DNA of 32,000 bases from Candidatus Altimarinota bacterium (GCA_041659405.1 JBAZYK010000003.1:30001-62000); one strand, 5' to 3'; positions 1 to 9,752 are shown, counted from the stretch's first letter. The notes: a model not told the origin generated them from the sequence alone. Numbers and translations: made by a program.

Positions 1-22
1 TAATATAATATTTGAAACAAAA

Positions 23-2110
23 ATGAACACAGCCAAAAAACTCCTAAAATTCGGTGAATGTCTCAACTTTTCAGATGAAAATCTGAAAGGAAGATTTGTG
101 TTTCAAACCGCCAGCACAGGCGGAGCTGGTGGAACCGCTGAAGGTGCCGCAAAAGACAAACCACCGGTTGCGGTTCCGGAAACTAAAGAAACTGGCCCAA
201 AAGTACCGGAAGCAGACAAAGCAAAAAAAGCAGCAGAAATTCATGGCGAAACAAGGGCCCTCCTAAAGGCTGAAATGGAAAAGAAATTGCAGGAAATCGC
301 AGCCAGAAAAGAAGCCATCACCAAAGAAAAAACAGATAATGATGCTGAACTAAAAAAAATCCTCGGAGCAAAAGACGAATGGTCTACACGTCAACCGGAT
401 TTTGACTTAAACACTCCTGCAAAAATTAAAATACCAGATACCACTGCAATTGGAAAATTAGCTGGAAGTTTAGTTGGAGATGTTGACGCGACCCCATCCA
501 GAATTGCCACACAGGCAGAAAAAACTTTTGCAAAAGCCGAAAACCCAACAGCAGACACAAAACCTGAACTCGTTAAACTTGGCGAATTTTTAAAATTAAT
601 CACTCTCCCGGAATTTCCACAAAGCCAGGGGAACAGGAATATTTTACGAGACACTGTTTCTACTTTGATCAACGAGTATCTTCACCACATGCCACAGCCG
701 GTAACCAAGGAATCATCCGAAGGTTACAAAGATCAACTTATGGGTCGATTTCAAGCTTTTGGTGAAAAAATTCAAGCTCAAGCAAACGGCAAACCATTGG
801 AACTTATGATTGGTTTAAGCGCATATCTCAAAAAAATCGATCCGACTTTTGATTTCATCAATGCCAATGGAACCTTTCAGCCTGAAGGATTAAAAAATTT
901 ATTAGTCCTGACTGATCCTGCAACCTTATTGGAAAATTTTCAAAAAAATCAAAATATTGATAAAGAATCGGGCAATCTTTCAAGAGACAAAATAAATGGA
1001 GAAAGTGCATTAGCCACGGCTCAAGAACAACCAGTCGACGCTAAAAAAATGATTCAAGATGGAACACTTAAATTTACAGCAAGAACCATCACTCTTCCGG
1101 CAGAAGCCGATAAAATTGATGAATTTCTAAAAGAAGAATTCGGCAAAGCCTTAGACCCAAAACTTAATTCAAACCTAAAAGAAGCAGCCATAGCTTACGC
1201 CATGGAAAAAGCCAAAGACCTCAAACAACCGGGTCAAAAATTGATCTTGGCCGAAAACGGAGAAAGCGCTGCTGTAAGCGAAGCAGCTGAAGCCCAAAAG
1301 AAAAAAGAAGCCGAAGAAACTGCCAAAAAATTAGCTGAACAAGCTTCAACTATGGCCGGTAATCCGGATGTAAAACCTGGACAAGAAAGCGAATTGGGCA
1401 TTGCAAGTTTTGGGGCTTTAATTGCTAAATTTTTTGAATACATAGCCGACCTCCTGAAAAATTTTGGAGGATTCAATTTTGGTTCAAAAGAAGTTAATAA
1501 AAACCTGGAAGCCAGACTTAAAAACTGGACTCCATTACCAACCGAAGAAGAACTTAAAGAAGTCGGAAAATTTGAAGCCGCCATACTAAAAGGTATTCCA
1601 AAAATCAACAAAAAGAATCTGGCAAAATTATTGGAAAATAGAGATGAAATGCGTAATCACATTTTCACAAGCAACCCAGGCAACTTAAGCTGGGAAACAT
1701 ATTTATTTGACCCAAAAAAAGGCCGCATAACCGCAGAAGAGCGCGCCAAACTTGAAGACCAAACCAAAGAACTTAAACCAAGCGAAATCAGCACAATGAT
1801 TATGATGAAAGATCCGAAAAAGGCTCCTGAACAAACTGCTGCTGCCGCTACTGCAACACCGGCAGTCGCACCAAGCCAAACACCAGCAACCGAAACACCG
1901 GCAGTCGCACCAAACCAAACCCCAGCAACGACATCACCAACAACCCCCGAAGTTGTACCAGCAACACCACCGCCACCATTAAACCATGAAGTGGCAACAA
2001 ATATACCACCAACTGCAGCTCCAAAATCAGCACCTACCCCGCCAGCAAACCCTGAAGTTGCATCTGCTCCAACACCCGCTCAAACAACTCCACCAGTTAA
2101 GCCTTTATAA
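23..2110 (+). CDS. hypothetical protein, charged/coiled N-terminal part with Ala/Pro/Thr-rich C-terminal tail
   Basis: Long 695-aa ORF with low-complexity C-terminus; no family recognised. Confidence 0.8.
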   Translation: MNTAKKLLKFGECLNFSDENLKGRFVFQTASTGGAGGTAEGAAKDKPPVAVPETKETGPKVPEADKAKKAAEIHGETRALLKAEMEKKLQEIAARKEAITKEKTDNDAELKKILGAKDEWSTRQPDFDLNTPAKIKIPDTTAIGKLAGSLVGDVDATPSRIATQAEKTFAKAENPTADTKPELVKLGEFLKLITLPEFPQSQGNRNILRDTVSTLINEYLHHMPQPVTKESSEGYKDQLMGRFQAFGEKIQAQANGKPLELMIGLSAYLKKIDPTFDFINANGTFQPEGLKNLLVLTDPATLLENFQKNQNIDKESGNLSRDKINGESALATAQEQPVDAKKMIQDGTLKFTARTITLPAEADKIDEFLKEEFGKALDPKLNSNLKEAAIAYAMEKAKDLKQPGQKLILAENGESAAVSEAAEAQKKKEAEETAKKLAEQASTMAGNPDVKPGQESELGIASFGALIAKFFEYIADLLKNFGGFNFGSKEVNKNLEARLKNWTPLPTEEELKEVGKFEAAILKGIPKINKKNLAKLLENRDEMRNHIFTSNPGNLSWETYLFDPKKGRITAEERAKLEDQTKELKPSEISTMIMMKDPKKAPEQTAAAATATPAVAPSQTPATETPAVAPNQTPATTSPTTPEVVPATPPPPLNHEVATNIPPTAAPKSAPTPPANPEVASAPTPAQTTPPVKPL
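1856..1933 (+). repeat. two tandem 39-bp in-frame repeats (TPAVAPxQTPATx)
   Basis: ACACCGGCAGTCGCACCAA.CCAAAC.CCAGCAAC repeated with a 39-nt period. Confidence 0.75.
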
Positions 2111-3056
2111 ACTCCAAAGCTTTCTCAACCTCTTTCTTCGATCCCAAAAAGATTGGCGTTCTTTGATCAAGTTTCGTTAAAGGCAAATCCAAAATGCGAC
2201 CTTTTGCGACCTGGCTCGCTTCACCCGCAACGCCCTTTTCACCCACCACTCCATACATGGCCGCCCCACCCGCTTTTTCCATTAGATAAGCCATTGGCGC
2301 GCATTCATATAAAAGCCTTAATTTGCCATCCGGTTTTTCCTGATAACCCGGATAAGTAAAAACCCCACCACCTTTGCGCAAAATCTGGTTTACATCCGGC
2401 ACCATTCCGCCACTGTAACGCAAAGTATATTCATTTCTGACCCAAAACTCCAAAAGCTTCACATACCATTCTTCGCTACTGCAAGCCCGCAAATTGCCCG
2501 GAGCAAACATCTTTTTTTCTTCCGCAACTTTCATCACACCACTCTGCACAAATTGTTTTTGCTCATCATGATAACTAAATTCCAAAACTTCTCCTCCAAC
2601 CGAAATCATAAAAGTTAAACGTGGACCATAAACCGCAATCAAAGCCGCAACTTGCTCACTTCCCTTTCGGCCGATAAACCCTTTGCCCTTATAAACGCCA
2701 AAAATGCTTCCTACAGCCAAATTCACATCCACCAAAGAAGAACCATCCAATGGATCAAACCCCACTGAAAAACCATCTTCACCCGCACCACACACAATCT
2801 CCTCTTCCAACTCTTCCGAGGCCAACGAACTAACATGTTCATTTTTCTGAAGCGCATCAACAAAAAGATTGTTGGTATAAACATCCAATTTCAATTGCTG
2901 TTCACCATAAACATTTTGAGTATCGGCATATCCCAATTGCGAAGTCTTTAAAGCCTTGGCCACCTGCGGAAAAACATTCACAATCTCATTCAAAACACTT
3001 TGCAAAGACGCGTCCAAACCACTCGCTCCAAGAAAATTAACAAAAGTTTTTTCCAT
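2097..3056 (-). CDS. fbp: fructose-1,6-bisphosphatase class 1
   Basis: Motifs FDPLDGSSLVDVNLAVGSIFGVY and GKLRLLYECAPMAYLMEKAGG. Confidence 0.93.
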   Translation of the reverse strand: MEKTFVNFLGASGLDASLQSVLNEIVNVFPQVAKALKTSQLGYADTQNVYGEQQLKLDVYTNNLFVDALQKNEHVSSLASEELEEEIVCGAGEDGFSVGFDPLDGSSLVDVNLAVGSIFGVYKGKGFIGRKGSEQVAALIAVYGPRLTFMISVGGEVLEFSYHDEQKQFVQSGVMKVAEEKKMFAPGNLRACSSEEWYVKLLEFWVRNEYTLRYSGGMVPDVNQILRKGGGVFTYPGYQEKPDGKLRLLYECAPMAYLMEKAGGAAMYGVVGEKGVAGEASQVAKGRILDLPLTKLDQRTPIFLGSKKEVEKALEFIKA

Positions 3057-3140
3057 AAAAATAAAAGTTAATAAGCCAAACGCAGATTAACCGAAATACC
3101 TCAAAAAGAGCAACTATTTTCCCGCCGCCCCCCAATAAAA

Positions 3141-3581
3141 TTAGTAAGTATTCGCGCTGGCAATTGCCGAATCCCCGCGAACAAAAATTATATCGGAAGC
3201 TTTTTTCATACCTTCAAGTCTTCCCGTATTAATAATATTATTCATCGATTTAGACTGAGCCAAACGCGCATCCTTAATTTCATTCTCACTTAAAAGCTGC
3301 TGGCGATCCGCTTCCAATTTTCTTAAATCGTACCCTTTTGTGGCAACCTGATTAAAATGCGCCAAATAAGCCATCCCAATCAAGACAATTCCCACAGCAA
3401 GAGCCATAATCAAAGTTACCGGCCCAAATTGCAGATTGATTTTTGGTAGAGCCACAGCCCTGGCAGCGCTTTGATTCGAAACAATCCCGGAACGCAAACT
3501 TGAACGTGAACGTCTATCCCACAATGACCTTTGAGCAAAACCGTTTCTATATGGACTGCGTGATAGTGAAAGTTGGGACAT
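3141..3581 (-). CDS. FtsL/septum-formation-initiator-like small membrane protein
   Basis: Single TM segment plus coiled coil, encoded directly downstream of rsmH as in the conserved dcw start; family inferred from position and architecture. Confidence 0.55.
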   Translation of the reverse strand: MSQLSLSRSPYRNGFAQRSLWDRRSRSSLRSGIVSNQSAARAVALPKINLQFGPVTLIMALAVGIVLIGMAYLAHFNQVATKGYDLRKLEADRQQLLSENEIKDARLAQSKSMNNIINTGRLEGMKKASDIIFVRGDSAIASANTY

Positions 3582-3611
3582 TTCTAGTAATTAATAATTT
3601 AGGGGGAGAGT

Positions 3612-5006
3612 TTAGATTTTTTCCGCCACACGTAATTTTGCGCTGCGGCTGCGAGGATTTTTGGTTAACTCAGTTTCACCCGGAGTTAGTGGTTTTTTAG
3701 TTACAATTTTTAGTTTCGGATCAAGATGAGTTGTCGTTAGTTGATCAGGTAAATTAATGTAATCTCGGGCCTGATCCTTAAAGAAATTTTTAACCAGACG
3801 ATCTTCCAAAGAATGATAGGCAATAATGGCCAAACGACCCTTCTTTTTCAAAAGGCCCATAGCCTGTTCCATCACACTTTGCAAAGATTCCAATTCCTTG
3901 TTTACTTCAATGCGCAAAGCCTGAAACACGCGAGTTGCAGGGTGAATATGCCCCTGACGTTTAATATATTTCTCAATAAAACCAGCCAGTTCCGTAGTTG
4001 TTTTAAAAGAACGGCTTCGACGACGTCGCACAATTTCACGCGCCAACAAACGGGATTTCATTTCTTCACCATATTCATAAAAAATTCGGGCAAGCTCTTT
4101 TTCAGGATAACTGTTGATAACATGAGCCGCAGTCAATTCCTGATTTTTATCAAAACGCATATCCAAAGGCCCTTCACGCAAAAAAGAAAATCCACGTTCA
4201 GCCACATCAACCTGAGGAGAAGAAAGACCAAGATCCAACAAAATCGCATCGACACCGTGAATCTTCAATTTCTTTAATTCTTCAGCCAAATTACGGAAAT
4301 TACTTTGAATATAATGAATTCTGCTATCAAATTCCTTCAATTTTTCCTGGGCACGTTTCAAATTTTCCTCGTCCAATTCAAAAGCAACCAATTTGGAATC
4401 GCCATTTGCATTGGTCAAAAGCGCATGAGCATGTCCACCCAAACCAAGTGTTCCATCCACGATTACTTTTTTACCCGGCAGTTGCAAACCTTCAAGAACC
4501 TCTCGCAACAAAACCGGATCATGCATTGGCTGAACAGACTCAACAAGTTGAGTTGGCAGAGCCGGTATCTCGATTTCAACTTTTGGTTTCAAAACCTTGG
4601 CAATTTTCAAAACTTTCACTTTCTTTAAGATCACTTTTTTGGCTTTCTTAACTTGAATTTTCTTAGCCTGAACTTTAGCCTTTGCCTTAATTAACGGCTT
4701 CGTCTTTGCTTTTGATTGAACCTTCACTTTTGGCTGAACCTTTTTAACATTAGCTTTTGCCAACGGCTTTGCCTTAATTTTTGGTTGAACCTTCGCTTTA
4801 GCTTTTTTCTGTAATTTTGGTTGAGCTTTAGCTTTAGGTTGTACTTTCACCTTAGGTTGAACCTTCTTTATCGGCTTTGCTATAACCTTTTTTTGTTGAG
4901 CTTTTTTCGAAAAAAGCATCTCTTTCAATTTAGAAAAAGTGCTTTTATTTTTTTTAGGTGCCTGAGCTTTATTTTTTGGGATTAATTTTGATTTTTTCTT
5001 GATCAT
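3612..5006 (-). CDS. rsmH: 16S rRNA (cytosine1402-N4)-methyltransferase with about 160-aa Lys-rich N-terminal extension
   Basis: HDPVLLREVLEGL, VDGTLGLGGHA, DAILLDLGLSSPQVD, ERGFSF, AYHSLEDRLVKNFF motifs. Confidence 0.95.
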   Translation of the reverse strand: MIKKKSKLIPKNKAQAPKKNKSTFSKLKEMLFSKKAQQKKVIAKPIKKVQPKVKVQPKAKAQPKLQKKAKAKVQPKIKAKPLAKANVKKVQPKVKVQSKAKTKPLIKAKAKVQAKKIQVKKAKKVILKKVKVLKIAKVLKPKVEIEIPALPTQLVESVQPMHDPVLLREVLEGLQLPGKKVIVDGTLGLGGHAHALLTNANGDSKLVAFELDEENLKRAQEKLKEFDSRIHYIQSNFRNLAEELKKLKIHGVDAILLDLGLSSPQVDVAERGFSFLREGPLDMRFDKNQELTAAHVINSYPEKELARIFYEYGEEMKSRLLAREIVRRRRSRSFKTTTELAGFIEKYIKRQGHIHPATRVFQALRIEVNKELESLQSVMEQAMGLLKKKGRLAIIAYHSLEDRLVKNFFKDQARDYINLPDQLTTTHLDPKLKIVTKKPLTPGETELTKNPRSRSAKLRVAEKI

Positions 5007-5413
5007 AATGAGGAAAGTTCAAAACTTGTATTCAATGTATGTATAATTTTTTTATACGATGAACATGACTTATTTATAAGAGAAACAAACCCTAGAGTCA
5101 ACAACTTCCACAAAGATAGTGCAAAATTTGTATTCGCAAAGCAAAAATAAACCCACCTTTTCGGCTCAAGTAAAACAAGATTAACTATTTCCATAATTCA
5201 TTGCCCGACTTTCACAATATTGCATAATATTTTTATACTCAACACGGATAAACTGCTGCCAAAAAGGAATAAAACAATTACTGTTAAAAAAATAGTACAG
5301 CAGACACGAGCAAAGCGAGTGTCCCTACAAAAAACCGTCCTCAATAAAAAATTAAAACAAAAATCATCACAAAAAAGCATTTACCTCAAAGCAAAAAACC
5401 TTATAATATCAGC

Positions 5414-5893
5414 ATGATATATCTCCCTCCGGAACTTCTGGTTCTCTTTACATCAATGCTTCCAATTGTGGAACTCCGCGGAGGCATCCCCTTAGGTCTT
5501 CTTTTGCATTTACCAATAGAAGCCGCTTTTTTTTGGGCGGAAATCGGCAACATGATTCCGATCTTTTTTATTTTGAAACTGCTCGGCCCCGTTTCTGATT
5601 TCCTCATCAAACATTCCAAGTTTTTTGAAAAATTTTTCCATAAACTTTTCACCATAACGCGTGAAAAACATGGCCACAAAATGCAAAAATGGGGTTCGGT
5701 CTTTCTTGTCATATTTATTGCGATTCCCCTGCCCGGCACCGGCGCCTGGACCGGAGCATTGTTGGCCTTTTTGTTTGATATTCCTTTCTGGAAAGCGGTT
5801 TTACTTATTTTAATCGGCAACCTTGCCGCCGGCCTATTGATCAGTTTTGGCTTTGGATCAGCCATCGAAGTGGCAAAATTGTTCGTAAAATAA
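5414..5893 (+). CDS. COG2426-type small multidrug export/DUF membrane protein
   Basis: ELRGGIPLGL and PLPGTGAWTGAL motifs, hydrophobic helices. Confidence 0.8.
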   Translation: MIYLPPELLVLFTSMLPIVELRGGIPLGLLLHLPIEAAFFWAEIGNMIPIFFILKLLGPVSDFLIKHSKFFEKFFHKLFTITREKHGHKMQKWGSVFLVIFIAIPLPGTGAWTGALLAFLFDIPFWKAVLLILIGNLAAGLLISFGFGSAIEVAKLFVK

Positions 5894-5927
5894 AATTTTA
5901 TTTGACATTTATTAATCGATATATAAA

Positions 5928-6224
5928 ATGCCAACTCAAATTTTATGTTTTTTAAATATGCCTTTTTTGGAAGACGATTGTCATCAACAGCATCATACAG
6001 AAGCTGATGGAGAACCATTAACTAAATGTGCGAGGTTAATACTTGAAGCAAAAAAACAGGATCCCTCAATTCCTATTTGTAATGTAATTTGCCCAATTTC
6101 AAAAAAAACTTCCCCCGTAGGGATTAAACTAGCTGTTCATGATCGTTGCCACATGTCTTTAACAACTCTTAAAGCCTTGCAAAGTGGACTAACAAGGCAA
6201 GTATTTCAAGTTTTGAAATACTAG
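5928..6224 (+). CDS. hypothetical protein, Cys/His-containing
   Basis: 98-aa ORF filling the gap between flanking genes; no recognised family. Confidence 0.4.
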   Translation: MPTQILCFLNMPFLEDDCHQQHHTEADGEPLTKCARLILEAKKQDPSIPICNVICPISKKTSPVGIKLAVHDRCHMSLTTLKALQSGLTRQVFQVLKY

Positions 6225-6226
6225 CT

Positions 6227-6976
6227 TCAATTCTTCAAAAACTCCTTCACTTCCGAAATCTTTGCCCCTTCACGCAAAATCACTGCGTGGCCATTTTCAA
6301 AGCCAATAATTGTTGATGGAGGATTTTTCAACACGCCCGCGCCTGATTCAGAAACGCTCACCCCGGATTCAGACAAGCCAAGTTCTCCACCATCCAAGAC
6401 CAAAGCAATTTTTTCACTTTCCTGCAAAGCTCCTTTATACTGCTTCAAAAAATCAGCAACAGTGTACGCCTCCGGTTCACCAGCCAAATTTGCACTGGTA
6501 GTCGTAAGCGGACCACCAAAACCCGCAATCAACATTTGTGAAATCTCCGAATCCGGACAACGAACCCCAACATTAACCTGCCCTTCATTAAAAAAAGTCG
6601 GCAAAGTTTTTTCGGCTAATGGCTGGCGCACATGCTCATCAAAATTTTGATCTTCTTTCCGCGCCACTTTTTTCGGCAAAACCAACGTTACCGGACCCGG
6701 CCAAAATCGCTCTGCCAAGCGCAAAGCCACTTCATTAAATTCTGCATACTTCTTTGCCTCATCCAAATTTCGCACCATCATACTCACGGGCTTTTTAAAA
6801 TCGCGGCCCTTAGCCACATACAAATCCTGCAAAGCCTCCTGATTAAAAACATCCACCGCAAAACCATAACAAGTTTCTGTTGGATGAACCACCACGCCAC
6901 CCTGCTGCAAAAGCTTTACCGCTTTCGCAATAATTTCCGATTGAGGATTTTTGGGATTGATCGACACGATTTTCAT
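6227..6976 (-). CDS. Sua5/YciO/YrdC family, probable threonylcarbamoyl-AMP synthase
   Basis: GGVVVHPTETCYGFAVDVFN, KPVSMMV, WPGPVTLVL, TTSANLAGEP. Confidence 0.9.
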   Translation of the reverse strand: MKIVSINPKNPQSEIIAKAVKLLQQGGVVVHPTETCYGFAVDVFNQEALQDLYVAKGRDFKKPVSMMVRNLDEAKKYAEFNEVALRLAERFWPGPVTLVLPKKVARKEDQNFDEHVRQPLAEKTLPTFFNEGQVNVGVRCPDSEISQMLIAGFGGPLTTTSANLAGEPEAYTVADFLKQYKGALQESEKIALVLDGGELGLSESGVSVSESGAGVLKNPPSTIIGFENGHAVILREGAKISEVKEFLKN

Positions 6977-7140
6977 ATTTCCTTTAATTACTATTCAAGC
7001 TTCGCTATACTAGCGGCGAACAAAATTCCGGGCAAGCCCGATCAACGAGCACGAAACAAACCTCAAGCTCCCCTCACAATCCTAAAAAAACCCGGACACG
7101 ACTCCCCTATTTAAAAAAATATTTCCTAACCCCCCTTTTC

Positions 7141-8148
7141 ATGCCTACACGCCTTGCAATAAATGGTTTTGGCCGCATTGGACGCGAAATGTTTCGCATC
7201 GCTCTCACACGTAAAGATCTTGAAGTTGTTGCGATCAACAATCTTAGCGACAACAAAACCATGGCTCATCTTTTAAAATACGACTCCAATTACGGAATTT
7301 TGGACGCAGATGTGAAAATTGAAGATGAAACCAGCATCACCGTGAATGGCAAAAAAATCGCTTATTTCCAGGAAAAAGACCCAAGCATGATTCCTTGGGG
7401 AACCACCAAGGCCGATATCGTCCTTGAATCAACCGGCGTTTTTACCGATGGTGAAGCCGCAAAAAAACATCTTCATGACGGTGTTAAAAAAGTAATCATC
7501 ACCGCTCCTGGCAAAAATGTTGATGCTACTTTTGTTATTGGCGTAAACGAAAGCAGCTACGATCCTGCCAAACACAACGTAATTTCAAACGCTTCCTGCA
7601 CCACCAACTGCATGGCGCCTCTTACAAAGGTCATCAACGACACCCTCAAAATCAAACGTGGACTTATGACCACAATTCATTCCTATACTAACGATCAACA
7701 AATTCTTGATCTTCCCCATAAAGATCCTCGCCGTGCCCGTGCCGCCGCACTTTCCATGATTCCAACCAGCACCGGCGCCGCAACTGCAGTTACAACCGTT
7801 ATTCCTGAACTTAAAGGCAAATTAAACGGCTTCTCGGTCCGCGTTCCAACCCCAACTGTTTCTTTGCTTGATTGTGTCTTCGAAGTCGAAAAATCCACAA
7901 CTGTAGAAGAATTAAACGGAATTTTAAAGCAAGCCGCAGAAGGTCCGCTCAAAAATATTTTGGCTTACAATGAACTTCCACTTGTTTCCGTTGATTACAA
8001 AGGCAACACACATTCTTCAATTATTGACGGGCTTTCCACCATGGTTATGGAAGGAACAATGATCAAAGTAGTGGCCTGGTACGACAACGAATGGGGCTAT
8101 TCTTGCCGCGCAATTGACTTGGCTGCCCTGATGGGTGCAAAATTGTAA
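7141..8148 (+). CDS. gap: glyceraldehyde-3-phosphate dehydrogenase, type I
   Basis: INGFGRIGR, SNASCTTNCMAPL, WYDNEWGYS. Confidence 0.97.
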   Translation: MPTRLAINGFGRIGREMFRIALTRKDLEVVAINNLSDNKTMAHLLKYDSNYGILDADVKIEDETSITVNGKKIAYFQEKDPSMIPWGTTKADIVLESTGVFTDGEAAKKHLHDGVKKVIITAPGKNVDATFVIGVNESSYDPAKHNVISNASCTTNCMAPLTKVINDTLKIKRGLMTTIHSYTNDQQILDLPHKDPRRARAAALSMIPTSTGAATAVTTVIPELKGKLNGFSVRVPTPTVSLLDCVFEVEKSTTVEELNGILKQAAEGPLKNILAYNELPLVSVDYKGNTHSSIIDGLSTMVMEGTMIKVVAWYDNEWGYSCRAIDLAALMGAKL

Positions 8149-8181
8149 AACGCCCGCCAAGGTGCAGTTCTGCTGCAAAAA

Positions 8182-8210
8182 TTGCCAAACCCGCTTTAGC
8201 ACTGTACAAT
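8182..8210 (+). promoter_or_regulatory. predicted sigma70-type promoter of hrcA (TTGCCA-N17-TACAAT)
   Basis: -35 8182-8187, 17-nt spacer, -10 8205-8210; layout matches the dnaK promoter. Confidence 0.6.
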
Positions 8211-8222
8211 TACAACCGCTAA
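8196..8222 (+). promoter_or_regulatory. degenerate CIRCE element (TTAGCACTG-N9-AACCGCTAA)
   Basis: Left half 8/9 and right half 6/9 match to CIRCE TTAGCACTC-N9-GAGTGCTAA; directly upstream of hrcA. Confidence 0.65.
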
Positions 8223-8246
8223 TTTAGTTTTGTAAAGATTTAAGCG

Positions 8247-8957
8247 ATGGATCGCAAACAAGAAGTATTAAAGGCTATCATTAAACATTTTATTCAAACT
8301 GCCGAACCGGTTGGATCGCAAGCCATCCTCATCAGCTACAAATTTGCGGTGAGCCCGGCCACGATTAGAAACGACATGGCCCAGCTGGAAAAAGAAGGCT
8401 TTATTTATCAGCCTCACACTTCTGCCGGTCGCATTCCAACGGATTTGGGTTATCGTCTTTTTGTTGATGAACTGGCCGATTTGGAAGATGAAAGAAAAAA
8501 AGCCGTTCAGGTTTTGCAGGAGATTGAAAAGAATTATCATCTGGAAAAAGCCAAAGAAAAAATTTATGACGGCGTTTCTTTATTGGCCAGAGCTACAGAA
8601 AATATCAGTTTTGCCACATTGCCGGATAACCGCCGCACCTTTTATTTGGGACTTTCCAGCGTTTTGCGCCAGCCGGAATTTTTGAGTGATAGTATTCGCG
8701 CCAGCCAGGTTATAGAAGTTTTGGAAAAACACGATAATTTTGTGAATTTGCTGCAGGATTTGGAAATAAACGACGAAGTTCGAATTTTCATCGGCAAGGA
8801 AAACATCCTTGAACAGATTCAAAGTTGCAGCTTGATTGTGACCAAATACCGCTTTCAGGGATACGACGGATTTATGGGTATTTTAGGACCAACCCGCATG
8901 AACTACACCTTCAACCAGATCGTTCTGGAAGAAATCAAAAAACTGCTTAAGGGTTAA
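8247..8957 (+). CDS. hrcA: heat-inducible transcription repressor HrcA (short form)
   Basis: [53 protein letters not shown]; linked to grpE, dnaK and CIRCE sites. Confidence 0.9.
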   Translation: MDRKQEVLKAIIKHFIQTAEPVGSQAILISYKFAVSPATIRNDMAQLEKEGFIYQPHTSAGRIPTDLGYRLFVDELADLEDERKKAVQVLQEIEKNYHLEKAKEKIYDGVSLLARATENISFATLPDNRRTFYLGLSSVLRQPEFLSDSIRASQVIEVLEKHDNFVNLLQDLEINDEVRIFIGKENILEQIQSCSLIVTKYRFQGYDGFMGILGPTRMNYTFNQIVLEEIKKLLKG

Positions 8958-9012
8958 ACTAAGCAAAAAACTCACTCAAAAATTTGAACCATAATTTATA
9001 ATTTTTTCTAAA

Positions 9013-9660
9013 ATGGCCGATCAAAAAGATCAAAATCAAACACAACAAAATTCCGACAACGCAGCAGGCAATAGCGCAACAAATGACGACGATCAAACCA
9101 CAAACGATGGTTCTGCAAATGACGACAACAACACATCTTCAACCGGATCTGTCGCTAATGATGGAACAACAACTGGCTCCTCCCCAAACGACGACGCCGA
9201 ATACCAACAGCTCAAACTCGAATTAGAAGAAACTCAATCCAAACTTCAGGATATGGTTAGCATTAGTCAGCGCGCCCTGGCCGATTTGCAAAATTTCCGC
9301 CGCCGTGCCGAAGAAGAAAAAACCAATTTTGTGCAATATGCCAATGCTGATCTGATTTTGGCTTTGCTTCCAACCATCGACAACGCCCATCGCGCCTTAA
9401 CGCATGAGCCAAAAGACGCCGAGTGGTCTAAAGGAGTTGAACAAATTTTGCGCCAACTCACTCAAATCATCGAAAAAAAGAATGTAAAAACTATCGCTAC
9501 AGTAGGCCAAAAATTCGATCCTACCATGCACGAAGCCCTTTTAATGGGCCCGGGTGAAAAAGACCTTGTTACAGAAGAACTCGAAAAAGGCTACCTCCTC
9601 GGCGACCGCGTCCTAAAGCGCGCAAGAGTCAAAGTTGGTGATGGAACGGCTACGGCATAA
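9013..9660 (+). CDS. grpE: nucleotide exchange factor GrpE
   Basis: ALADLQNFRRRAEEEK, LLPTIDNAHRAL, FDPTMHEAL, LEKGYLLGDRVLKRARVKV. Confidence 0.95.
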   Translation: MADQKDQNQTQQNSDNAAGNSATNDDDQTTNDGSANDDNNTSSTGSVANDGTTTGSSPNDDAEYQQLKLELEETQSKLQDMVSISQRALADLQNFRRRAEEEKTNFVQYANADLILALLPTIDNAHRALTHEPKDAEWSKGVEQILRQLTQIIEKKNVKTIATVGQKFDPTMHEALLMGPGEKDLVTEELEKGYLLGDRVLKRARVKVGDGTATA

Positions 9661-9711
9661 AGCCATTAAAACAGCCCGTTCTAACATCTGCACATTTTGC
9701 TTTAATAATTA

Positions 9712-9740
9712 TTGACATCACTCATTTAGCACTCTATAAT
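9712..9740 (+). promoter_or_regulatory. predicted sigma70-type promoter of dnaK (TTGACA-N17-TATAAT)
   Basis: Perfect consensus -35 at 9712-9717 and -10 at 9735-9740, spacer exactly 17 nt. Confidence 0.88.
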
Positions 9741-9752
9741 TCGGAGTGCCAG
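9726..9752 (+). promoter_or_regulatory. CIRCE operator (TTAGCACTC-N9-GAGTGCCAG)
   Basis: Left half 9/9, right half 7/9 to consensus; -10 box lies in the 9-nt loop. Confidence 0.92.

Noticed and set aside
3813-4651. Plus-strand ORFs (154, 107 and 81 aa) antisense to rsmH
   Set aside because: They overlap a strongly supported gene and show no recognisable motifs.
5003-5380. Minus-strand ORFs of 63 and 60 aa upstream of rsmH
   Set aside because: Short, Cys/Leu/Phe-rich translations of AT-rich DNA with no family resemblance.
5902-5927. Possible promoter TTGACA...TATAAA just before ORF 5928
   Set aside because: The spacer is only 14 nt and the ATG would follow immediately, so a normal sigma70 promoter is not supported.
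8957-9012. CIRCE or promoter for grpE (TATAAT at 8997-9002)
   Set aside because: No CIRCE half-sites and no -35 at proper spacing; the ATG is only 10 nt from the -10-like box.
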